Positions 29,458-37,397 of a DNA stretch of 64,000 bases are shown one piece after another. The stretch spans positions 571,004 to 635,003 of the forward strand of contig JBBTSC010000001.1 in assembly GCA_038064875.1 (NCBI GenBank). Direction: 5' to 3'. Position numbers and translations under genes: made by a program. The stretch's first letter is position 1; each line of letters opens with the position of its first letter. The notes below the pieces were generated by a model. It was not told the origin of the DNA. It was given only the letters and a program-made list of their open reading frames with translations, and did not search any database. Origin of the DNA: Patescibacteria group bacterium (GTDB lineage Bacteria; Patescibacteriota; Saccharimonadia; Saccharimonadales; 2-12-FULL-41-12).

Positions 29458-31524
29458 TTAAGGAGTGACGCTGACCGGCCAATAAACACCTGGTTCCGTA
29501 TTAGCCCATGTCTTATTTTCTGCAACGAGGCTAAAGAATTCATTGGCACTATATCCCGCCGTATTTGGTGCTTCTATCCAAAAACCAAAGGTTCCTATGG
29601 CCCCTGGGGCAACAGATGCTTCACTCAAAGTTCCTGGCCTATTACAGCTCAGCCAGGTCGAATCACAAACCGCACTGATTCTATCTCTTGGCCCACTCGT
29701 GGCTACTCGAAGTGGGAATGAGCCATTGTTATACCAAGTTTGATTTCCTGTATTTTTGGCCTTGATGACTACATAAACTCTCTGGCCCTGAGTTAGATTT
29801 GTTGTCGAAGCTGAGGTCGTCTGCTGATCGTCCGTGAAAATATGTTGAGCCGTTGGTTGCCAGCTGTATATTCTAGGGGTTACATTGATTGTCGTTGAAA
29901 GCATCAGGTTACGGCTAAACCATTCTCTGTTTTCGATCAGTAAATGGAAATGTTCTCTGTAGACGCCACCTGCCTCAGGTGCCGTTATGGTGAAAGGAAA
30001 CCGTCCTGTCTCTCCGGGTAATATTGTGTCTGTAGCTACCAGAGTCTTGCTATTATCTGGCTCGGTAACGACTTTGTGGGTAAACGAAACAGTTCTATTA
30101 ACTGCCCGCCAACTACCAGTTGTAGCAAAAGCACTGGGTCTGTCTCTAGGCTGATCAGTGCCCAGAACAACTGGGTTAGTGCCATAGTTACCCCAAGTGT
30201 TGTCACCCTCATTTTTGAGATCAAAATAAGCTTGCTTGGTATCGCCTGACTGCATACTCGTGCTAAACTCAAAATTACCGTCAAATCCTTGTCCTTGGTT
30301 GGTCAAATCTAGTCTATTGAGATTGGCCCTGGGTGCGTAGTAAATATCGCCAACTCTTCTTATATCACCAAGCCTGTCGTAGAGTTGCTGTCCTGGACAA
30401 GAAGTCTGACCAACATTACGATGACCTACGACATTAGGGCCATTTGAGCCTATACCTGAGGGATTAAAATAATACTTTGCAGATTTGAAGGCAATAATAT
30501 TGGCAACGGAATCTATCATACGATCACTTGGACGAACATTACTAAAATCACCGATAGTGGCAATGCCTGTGGTACCTCTATTATTTTGATACGCGTGTGC
30601 CCCTACTACATCTTTCTTTGTATTGTGAGCTACATTTGGGTCAAAGTATCTACCTTGAAAAATATTGCCATTTGAATCAACAACATAGTTGTACCCGATA
30701 TCTCCCCAGTCGTTAGTATATGTGTGAAATTGCCAGACGGCTCTCATGATTGCTGATGAATCACCTTGGCCCGTAACTGTATGGTGCACGACAGCTCGAT
30801 ATAGTCCTTCGTATTCTGCAGGCCAATAGTTCAACTCATTATTTATGCTCTCGTTGCCCCACCATTCTGCTCGGCTAATGATCCTTGGCCCGTCTGATCC
30901 GGCACTCGCAACTTTTGTAATGCCGGTTTTCTCAAGCACTTTTTCTACTATATTTTTCTTTGTTGGGGATGGGCCTCTGGTCGTATCTATCATTTGAATT
31001 GAAGTTTTTGCTAGATCCACTGCAGGAGATGGCTGGCCAGGCTGACCCTCTAACACCACCCTGTATTGTACTTTTTTGATGTTTTCATTGATAGCCAACA
31101 TCGCTCTGACAGGTTTTGAGTCATCTTTACGATCTTGTTGGTTTTCTGAATGTAGCCACTCTGACCAAGATTTGCCATTAAATGTCCTGATCTGTATTTC
31201 TACGCCTTCTCTGTCTTCATTTTGATTCCAAACTATTGCAGTAGCATTGGCATTTTTCTGCTCTGGTTCGAGTTCTTTTGATTCAAAGGTCAATTTTGTA
31301 TCTGTGCTTAGAACACTAGCTTCTTTGGAAACGTTCTGTCCTTCAACAATTCGGCCTTGCGTAACGTCGCTAATATTTGAAGTTATAATTTCTGTTTTTT
31401 GTGGACGCGTACTTAGAAATACTGCAAACACCAGTATAACCAGACAGCTCAAACTAGCAAAAACCTTAGTAGCTTTTTTGTGGGTGCGAAATCTGGTAGA
31501 AATATTTTTTATTTGTTTTTTCAT
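29458..31524 (-). CDS. N-acetylmuramoyl-L-alanine amidase (amidase_2/PGRP type) with N-terminal anchor and two C-terminal Ig-like (NBR1-FW-like) domains
   Basis: Core amidase motifs are IISRAEWWG, AVVHHTV, WGDIGYNYVVDSNGNIFQGR, VGAHAYQNNRGTTGIATIGDF and VVGHRNVGQTSCPG. Two C-terminal repeats of about 120 aa follow (N.G.NTW....PRDR.S....W...PGE...F.F...AP). Confidence 0.8.
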   Translation of the reverse strand: MKKQIKNISTRFRTHKKATKVFASLSCLVILVFAVFLSTRPQKTEIITSNISDVTQGRIVEGQNVSKEASVLSTDTKLTFESKELEPEQKNANATAIVWNQNEDREGVEIQIRTFNGKSWSEWLHSENQQDRKDDSKPVRAMLAINENIKKVQYRVVLEGQPGQPSPAVDLAKTSIQMIDTTRGPSPTKKNIVEKVLEKTGITKVASAGSDGPRIISRAEWWGNESINNELNYWPAEYEGLYRAVVHHTVTGQGDSSAIMRAVWQFHTYTNDWGDIGYNYVVDSNGNIFQGRYFDPNVAHNTKKDVVGAHAYQNNRGTTGIATIGDFSNVRPSDRMIDSVANIIAFKSAKYYFNPSGIGSNGPNVVGHRNVGQTSCPGQQLYDRLGDIRRVGDIYYAPRANLNRLDLTNQGQGFDGNFEFSTSMQSGDTKQAYFDLKNEGDNTWGNYGTNPVVLGTDQPRDRPSAFATTGSWRAVNRTVSFTHKVVTEPDNSKTLVATDTILPGETGRFPFTITAPEAGGVYREHFHLLIENREWFSRNLMLSTTINVTPRIYSWQPTAQHIFTDDQQTTSASTTNLTQGQRVYVVIKAKNTGNQTWYNNGSFPLRVATSGPRDRISAVCDSTWLSCNRPGTLSEASVAPGAIGTFGFWIEAPNTAGYSANEFFSLVAENKTWANTEPGVYWPVSVTP

Positions 31525-31623
31525 GTTTATATTGTGCTAACAACATCATTATATAACTTTTCGCTCTCGTATTAAAGAAAGCCCCTCAACTAAAATTTGC
31601 CAGATACAGAGAATCCATGTTCT

Positions 31624-31652
31624 TTGACAAAATAGCATAATTCTGTCATTAT
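31624..31652 (+). promoter_or_regulatory. sigma70 promoter, leaderless transcript candidate
   Basis: TTGACA (31624-31629), a 17-nt spacer, then TGTCATTAT (extended -10, 31644-31652). ATG 31659 lies 6 nt downstream. Confidence 0.45.
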
Positions 31653-31658
31653 GTGGCT

Positions 31659-32243
31659 ATGAAGAGTTTAGATTCTGGGTCTCCTACTCCAGAAGAGATT
31701 GGCAAATTAACAGCTGAGCAAAAAGCAGTTGTTGCTTCTGAATATCTAAAAGGTGTTGAGCCAGGTTTCCTGCCCCTCCCTTTATTTAAAGAGTTATCTC
31801 GGCTGATGGTGATCAACACTGTTGAGCTAGTACTTTTGCAACCCGAAGATGATATAAGAGTATTACTAACCAAACGACCACCGACAGATCCATGGTGGGC
31901 AAATCAACTTCATATACCTGGCAGTGTGACCCTGCCGACTGACTCCGTTGAGGGTGATGATGATTTCACTGGCACTCTGAATCGTATACTCGAAGATGAG
32001 CTAGCCGGTGCTATAGAAATTGTCGGCAATGTTAACTTTTTAGAGCCACAGAGAAGAATCGGCCCCAGAGGTCACGAGGTAACCACTATCCATTGGGCAG
32101 GAGCTTCTGTCGATGAATCATTGTTGCCGAATTCCGCAAGACTATTAACACTAGAAGACTTGCAGTCTTATCAACCAGAAGCTATCGTTGACGGGACAAT
32201 TCAAACAGTCGAACGGGCTGTCCAAGCCTACGAGAACACTTGA
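31659..32243 (+). CDS. NUDIX-fold-like protein with degenerate Nudix box
   Basis: LLTKRPPTDPWWANQLHIPGSV...GTLNRILEDELAG resembles W.LPGG...REL.EE.G only loosely. The ORF track starts at GTG 31653; ATG 31659 fits the promoter geometry better. Confidence 0.4.
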   Translation: MKSLDSGSPTPEEIGKLTAEQKAVVASEYLKGVEPGFLPLPLFKELSRLMVINTVELVLLQPEDDIRVLLTKRPPTDPWWANQLHIPGSVTLPTDSVEGDDDFTGTLNRILEDELAGAIEIVGNVNFLEPQRRIGPRGHEVTTIHWAGASVDESLLPNSARLLTLEDLQSYQPEAIVDGTIQTVERAVQAYENT

Positions 32244-32247
32244 ACAA

Positions 32248-33363
32248 TTACTGCTCTTTGATACCTTTTTTTATAACATCTACGATTAATTCAATATAAT
32301 CAGCGTTCATCTCTTCTATAACAGGTAGAGACAATATACTATTCTCAACCTCTTCCGTATTCTGCAGAGAAAAGGAAGTTATCGATTTTTCAGTTATTAC
32401 TGGAATTTTATGTAGTGTTGGCGAATAATACGCTCTCGCTTGGACTCCAGCGTCGTGAAGCGCATGGAAAATCTTTTCCTTGTTTGGGACAGTCACTGAT
32501 ATAAATGCGCCTGTAGATAAAAGTACATTTTCCTGGAACTGTACGTCTTCTGTAGATAGCAGATCCTGGTATTTATTTATTATGCTTCTTCTAAGTTCAA
32601 GCCTATCAGCATATGATTCTAGTTGTCTGAGACCTATAGCACAACTCAGTTCCTGCAGTTTGGCATTTGTCCCGATCATACCGACTGTGCGATCATCGTT
32701 AAAGCCAAAATTCTGCATTTTCCGAAGTTTATCTATCAACTCTTTGCTTTTACTCACTATTAATCCGCCTTCTCCTATGGCAAAAGGTTTGGTCGCATGA
32801 AATGAAAAGACTTCGCAATCACCACGACCGCCAAGAAATTCACCATCACTATATTTCGAGCCAAATCCAGCTGCTGAGTCTATTATCAGAGGAATTTGTT
32901 TGCTTTGTGCTAGATCTTCCCACTTATCAATAGCTTTGTTGCCCACGCCAAATACATTTGGCAGTATAATTCCGGCGACATCTGTCGACTCCTTGTCAAT
33001 AAACTCTTTTGCTTGAGTGATCGAAGGTTGCCAAGAATCTTTTTCAATATCAATGAACACCGGTACAAGCCCGCTATTTATGACTACTTCTGCAACGGCA
33101 GCAAAGGTAAATGAAGGTATAATTACGTATTTTTTGTCCGGATTAGCCAGAGTTCTTAGAGCAATCTCCAGACCGAGCGTACAGTTCGCAACAGTTGTGC
33201 CATGTAAATCTTTACCGAGAAATTCGGTGGCTTTTATTGATAGTTCTCTCTCGTATGGGCCAAAATTAGTGAACCAGTTTGAGGCAATTATTTTTTTGTA
33301 ATCTTCTGCCATAACCTCAGGAGCCGGAAATACTGGCTTGATAAAAGGTATCTTATATTGCAT
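32248..33363 (-). CDS. DegT/DnrJ/EryC1-family PLP-dependent sugar aminotransferase
   Basis: IPFIKPVFP start, DSAAGFGS, and the PLP lysine context FSFHATKPFAIGEGG. The likely start is ATG 33363, 32 codons inside the track ORF, overlapping the upstream stop by 11 nt. Confidence 0.85.
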   Translation of the reverse strand: MQYKIPFIKPVFPAPEVMAEDYKKIIASNWFTNFGPYERELSIKATEFLGKDLHGTTVANCTLGLEIALRTLANPDKKYVIIPSFTFAAVAEVVINSGLVPVFIDIEKDSWQPSITQAKEFIDKESTDVAGIILPNVFGVGNKAIDKWEDLAQSKQIPLIIDSAAGFGSKYSDGEFLGGRGDCEVFSFHATKPFAIGEGGLIVSKSKELIDKLRKMQNFGFNDDRTVGMIGTNAKLQELSCAIGLRQLESYADRLELRRSIINKYQDLLSTEDVQFQENVLLSTGAFISVTVPNKEKIFHALHDAGVQARAYYSPTLHKIPVITEKSITSFSLQNTEEVENSILSLPVIEEMNADYIELIVDVIKKGIKEQ

Positions 33364-33976
33364 CGAGCCAGCCATCATTTTTAGAGACCATCTTGGCGGG
33401 CACACCCACGTACACAGAGTTTTCTTCCTCAATATCCTCGATGACAACCGCGCCAGCACCTATAACCGCACCGGGAGCGATTTTCACGCCATTTTTTATT
33501 GTTGCACCAATCCCTACAAATACTCCGTTACCGATAGTTGCCTTGCCGCCGATATGAACACCAGGGGCAAGCGTTGCGTAGTCACCAATAATCGTGTCGT
33601 GTCCTACGGTGCAACCGGTGTTGATCAAAACATGCTCGCCAACCTTTATATCAGTCGTGAGCACTGATCCAGACGCTACCAAAGTTCCAACTCCTATTTC
33701 TGTCCGAGATCCAACATCCGCATTTGCAGAAACAAGTTTGGCGTAATTGTTACCTGACCACAGATCAATAAGCTTCTTTTTAAGACGTGGCGCGCCCGCG
33801 GCGGAGAAAATAGGTGTTTGTTCTTGTTCTTCTGTAGGACTTGAGATATCTATAAGATTATCTCCATCTCCAAGATAATCTACTTCCACAGCTCGAAATT
33901 CCACTTTTAAATCAGGGAAAAAAGACTCTGTCTCGTTAGCTTGACCACCGTTTCCTAATAATCCGATACTGTTCAT
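33353..33976 (-). CDS. PglD/NeuD-like sugar N-acetyltransferase (left-handed beta-helix)
   Basis: N-terminal Rossmann-like IGLLGNGGQANE and C-terminal hexapeptide repeats (IGDYATLAPGVHIGGKATIGNGVFVGIGATI). The preferred start is ATG 33976, preceded by TAAAAT and 7 nt. Confidence 0.8.
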   Translation of the reverse strand: MNSIGLLGNGGQANETESFFPDLKVEFRAVEVDYLGDGDNLIDISSPTEEQEQTPIFSAAGAPRLKKKLIDLWSGNNYAKLVSANADVGSRTEIGVGTLVASGSVLTTDIKVGEHVLINTGCTVGHDTIIGDYATLAPGVHIGGKATIGNGVFVGIGATIKNGVKIAPGAVIGAGAVVIEDIEEENSVYVGVPAKMVSKNDGWLDAI

Positions 33977-34106
33977 TGCTAACATTTTACCGCATTTAGG
34001 GCTAATCAAGTAAGTAGTTCCGAAAAGTACCGCCCTAATGTACTTGTCAGATAAGCGCTTTTTGTTTACTAATATTAGTTGAATTTGCCCTCTTGTTGGT
34101 AAAATA

Positions 34107-35354
34107 ATGGTAAATATGCAGAATAATCAAAGATTAATTGTATTTTTAATACCTCCGCAAAAACTTGTTAACGGTGGAATAATGTCGATATTTTCAATTG
34201 CTAGAATCAGCAGACAGTTCAAAGATATTCATAAATCTGAAGTTTTACTTGCTACTTATCCTGGCGAAAAGAGCTATGGCAAGAACGATTTATTTAAAAA
34301 TAACGAAACGATTTATTCATTTGATGAAATAGTAAAAAGAGGCCCCCCGCAGTCGCTTCAAATTCATATACCAGAGTACGCTTCACATGACGTGTTCCAG
34401 GGTCTCAAAAAATATGAAGATTACCTGAGATCAATACCTGAGCTGAGCATCAACATAATGAACCAAAACATCTGGCTGATGCAGGATCCTGCTGATGTAG
34501 CGAACTGGTTCTCTCTAACGCCTGATGTAACGCAGACGATTGCCCACAAAAAGACAGCAACCCAGGAAATTGCCAATTTGTATAACTTGCCGAGTCAACA
34601 TTTGTCTGTTTTTATAGACCCGAGCCAATACAAATGGCTAGACTACGACAAAAAGGAAGACTTGATTGTACTCTCACCAGACGCCCCAGACGAAAAAGCT
34701 GAAATCGTCGACAAGATCACCAAGGCATTTCCAAGCTACAAAGTTGTCACGGTGCAGAACATGACCTACGAGGATTACAAAAGCCTTATGAGCAGAGCAA
34801 AATATACTATAACTTTCGGGGAAGGTTTTGATGGTTATTACATCGAGTCTTTCCTCTGTGGCGGTATTGCTTTTGCTGTATATAATGAGGGCTTTTTCCC
34901 AGACAAAGAATTCTCAAAATTTGAAAATTTATATTCTAGCTACAAAGATATGTCCGCCAAGATTATCCAGGATATCAAAGATCTCGACCGTAAAAATTAT
35001 GAAAAAATCGTCAAAAAGAACTTCGACAAGATAACAAAACTCTATGATTTTTCAAATTACACCAAAAACATAAAAGATTTCTATGAGAAAAAATATCATT
35101 TCGTGCCTGACCATGGCAGTTCTAAGATTTTAGCCGGTAAGATATTGCAAGCCAAAGATAAAATTATTGCTGAACAAAACGCCATCATTGCTCACAGAGA
35201 CAACCTGCTAGAACACAAAGACCGGGTTATCGCTCAAAAAGTAGAAGCCATATCCGAAAGAGACAAGACTATTGATAGCATGATTAATTCCAACAGCTGG
35301 AAAGTTACAAAACCCCTTCGCAAGATCTCAGACAGTCTGAACAAAGATAAATAA
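34107..35354 (+). CDS. divergent GT-B-like protein (EX7E motif) with C-terminal coiled coil and SNSWKVTKPLRK tail
   Basis: FGEGFDGYYIESFLCGGIAF contains E-x7-E. Residues from about 345 to 400 form heptad-like repeats (IIAEQNAIIAHRDNLLEHKDRVIAQKVEAISERDKTI). The terminal SxSW(K/R)xTxPLR motif is one I have seen at the ends of O-antigen-locus enzymes. ATG 34116 is an alternative start. Confidence 0.55.
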   Translation: MVNMQNNQRLIVFLIPPQKLVNGGIMSIFSIARISRQFKDIHKSEVLLATYPGEKSYGKNDLFKNNETIYSFDEIVKRGPPQSLQIHIPEYASHDVFQGLKKYEDYLRSIPELSINIMNQNIWLMQDPADVANWFSLTPDVTQTIAHKKTATQEIANLYNLPSQHLSVFIDPSQYKWLDYDKKEDLIVLSPDAPDEKAEIVDKITKAFPSYKVVTVQNMTYEDYKSLMSRAKYTITFGEGFDGYYIESFLCGGIAFAVYNEGFFPDKEFSKFENLYSSYKDMSAKIIQDIKDLDRKNYEKIVKKNFDKITKLYDFSNYTKNIKDFYEKKYHFVPDHGSSKILAGKILQAKDKIIAEQNAIIAHRDNLLEHKDRVIAQKVEAISERDKTIDSMINSNSWKVTKPLRKISDSLNKDK

Positions 35355-36587
35355 CTATTTTTTAGTATTCTTGGTCTCGAGCCATTCACCCTGCAGGTAG
35401 AAATCACCGTCTTGATAAATTGAACTATCGATTATCGTTATCTGTGGCGTGTCGTCAGTATACGTTTGGTCAATAATATCTATTAAATCTGGAGAGTAGC
35501 CCTCTGTGTAGATTCCGACTCCTACACTATATTCATCTTTAACGAGTTGTCCTGCCTGAACTTTGCATCGAAGCGTGTGACGCCCCACTGGCAATTTGTA
35601 ATTTTCAAGACCAAGATGCTCATTTGAATTTATCCCCGCCATATAGACACCGCTAGACCTGACAAAGAATAGATTGATTTGGAAAGCCACCGATTTGCTG
35701 ACTTCTATGTCTACATCTGCTACGATCTCATCTTTTATAGAAAATCGCTTGCTTGCCTTTCCGCCAGATTTAATCTTTATGTCTTTTATCTGAATACTCG
35801 GATTCTTAGGCCTCTCAAGTTTTTTAGATTTTGTAGAACCAGATTGATCCTCCGTATTGGCTAGCTCGTAGCGTAAGGCAATTTCCCTCGGTGTACCAAT
35901 ATCAACGATCTCGCCGTCTTGAATCATCAGAGCCCGATCACAATATTCCTGCACAGCACCCATATCATGAGTCACAAACACTACTGTCTTGCCTAATGCT
36001 TTAATGTCTCTGAAGATCTTGAAGCATTTTCTTTGGAAATTAGCGTCACCAACTGCCAGAACTTCGTCGATCAAAAGAATATCTGTCTTTGCACGTATAG
36101 CAATAGAAAATGCCAAACGGACTTGCATGCCGGACGAATAGTTTTTGAGCTTTTGATCCATAAACTTTTCTATCTCTGCAAATGCCACGATCTCGTCATA
36201 CATAGCATCCATGTCTTTTCGGGAAAAGCCGAGGAGCGCGCCGTTAAGAAATACATTCTCGCGTCCAGTAAGTTCAGGGTTGAATCCAACTCCGAGCTCG
36301 ATAAACGGAGTTAATTTACCATTTATCTTTATCAGACCACGATCCGGACTGTAGATACCAGCAAGTAGCTTGAGCAAGGTGCTTTTACCGCTACCATTAC
36401 GGCCAACTATCCCAAAAAATTCACCCTCTTTTATATCAAAAGATACATTGTTGAGAACCTTCTGTTGCTCGAAAGTACGCTTTGACCGGAAGATATTAAC
36501 AAAGGCATTCTTTACCGAACCTTGCTTTTCATGAGGAAGCTTAAATGATTTGCTGATACTCTCAACGCTGATCATTACATCTTTCAT
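35355..36587 (-). CDS. wzt: polysaccharide/teichoic-acid export ABC transporter ATP-binding protein with C-terminal glycan-binding-type extension
   Basis: Walker A GRNGSGKST, signature YSSGMQVRLAF, Walker B ILLIDEVLAVGD, plus about 160 extra C-terminal residues (Wzt_C-like). Confidence 0.9.
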   Translation of the reverse strand: MKDVMISVESISKSFKLPHEKQGSVKNAFVNIFRSKRTFEQQKVLNNVSFDIKEGEFFGIVGRNGSGKSTLLKLLAGIYSPDRGLIKINGKLTPFIELGVGFNPELTGRENVFLNGALLGFSRKDMDAMYDEIVAFAEIEKFMDQKLKNYSSGMQVRLAFSIAIRAKTDILLIDEVLAVGDANFQRKCFKIFRDIKALGKTVVFVTHDMGAVQEYCDRALMIQDGEIVDIGTPREIALRYELANTEDQSGSTKSKKLERPKNPSIQIKDIKIKSGGKASKRFSIKDEIVADVDIEVSKSVAFQINLFFVRSSGVYMAGINSNEHLGLENYKLPVGRHTLRCKVQAGQLVKDEYSVGVGIYTEGYSPDLIDIIDQTYTDDTPQITIIDSSIYQDGDFYLQGEWLETKNTKK

Positions 36588-37397
36588 CTACAAATTCTCC
36601 GCAAACGATTTAGCATTTTTTCTAAAATAAAGCACCCCACCGATAAGTACAAATATGCAGATACCGACCGGGATAATGCGGTAGTAAGCGTGCCCAAAAA
36701 CTTGAGTTGTTGTCAGTGTCTGGTGAGTTACTAAGGCGTAGCGACCATCTTGTATCGCTTGAGCTACTGGATTGATCAACAATATTTTTTGATAATCTAC
36801 GTTAGTTATCAGTGTCAAAGGATACAGTATCGGTGTTACGTAAAATCCTGCCTGCAAAACTAATTCCCAAATATAACTTATGTCTCGGTACTTCACAAAA
36901 GATGCTGACAAGAAAAGAGCAAGCCCAAGACCAAAGATATAGATTTCTATAAGTACTAGCGGGAACCACAAACTTGTTTCTAATAGATCGACTTTGTTGA
37001 AATACATAAATACAAGCACAACCAATAGGTTAAGTCCGAGATTTATGATCGCAGATACACTAGTAGAAAGCACAATTATCCAGCGCGGAATCCGAATTTT
37101 ACGGATCAGATCACCCCGACCAACAACAGAGCCAAGACCCTGACTAGTAATATCAGCAAAAAAGGTCCACAGCACAATTCCCAAAAGCAAATATATCGGG
37201 AAATGTGGCACATCACCGCCCAGTCGCAGGAACTTTACAAAGACAATATAGAGGATCAAGAACATCACAAGAGGCCGAAGCAACGACCATGCATAACCCA
37301 GTATTGAACCCTGATAACGTAATTTAAATTCGGTTCTAACTAATTCTCCGAGTAATACTTTGTTCTCTTTTGAAAAAACTTTTTTAAGTTTATTCAT
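36588..37397 (-). CDS. wzm: ABC-2 type polysaccharide export permease
   Basis: Six TM helices and an ABC-2 N-terminal pattern (LVRTEFKLRYQGSILGYAWSLLRPL). It abuts wzt with no gap. Confidence 0.85.
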   Translation of the reverse strand: MNKLKKVFSKENKVLLGELVRTEFKLRYQGSILGYAWSLLRPLVMFLILYIVFVKFLRLGGDVPHFPIYLLLGIVLWTFFADITSQGLGSVVGRGDLIRKIRIPRWIIVLSTSVSAIINLGLNLLVVLVFMYFNKVDLLETSLWFPLVLIEIYIFGLGLALFLSASFVKYRDISYIWELVLQAGFYVTPILYPLTLITNVDYQKILLINPVAQAIQDGRYALVTHQTLTTTQVFGHAYYRIIPVGICIFVLIGGVLYFRKNAKSFAENL

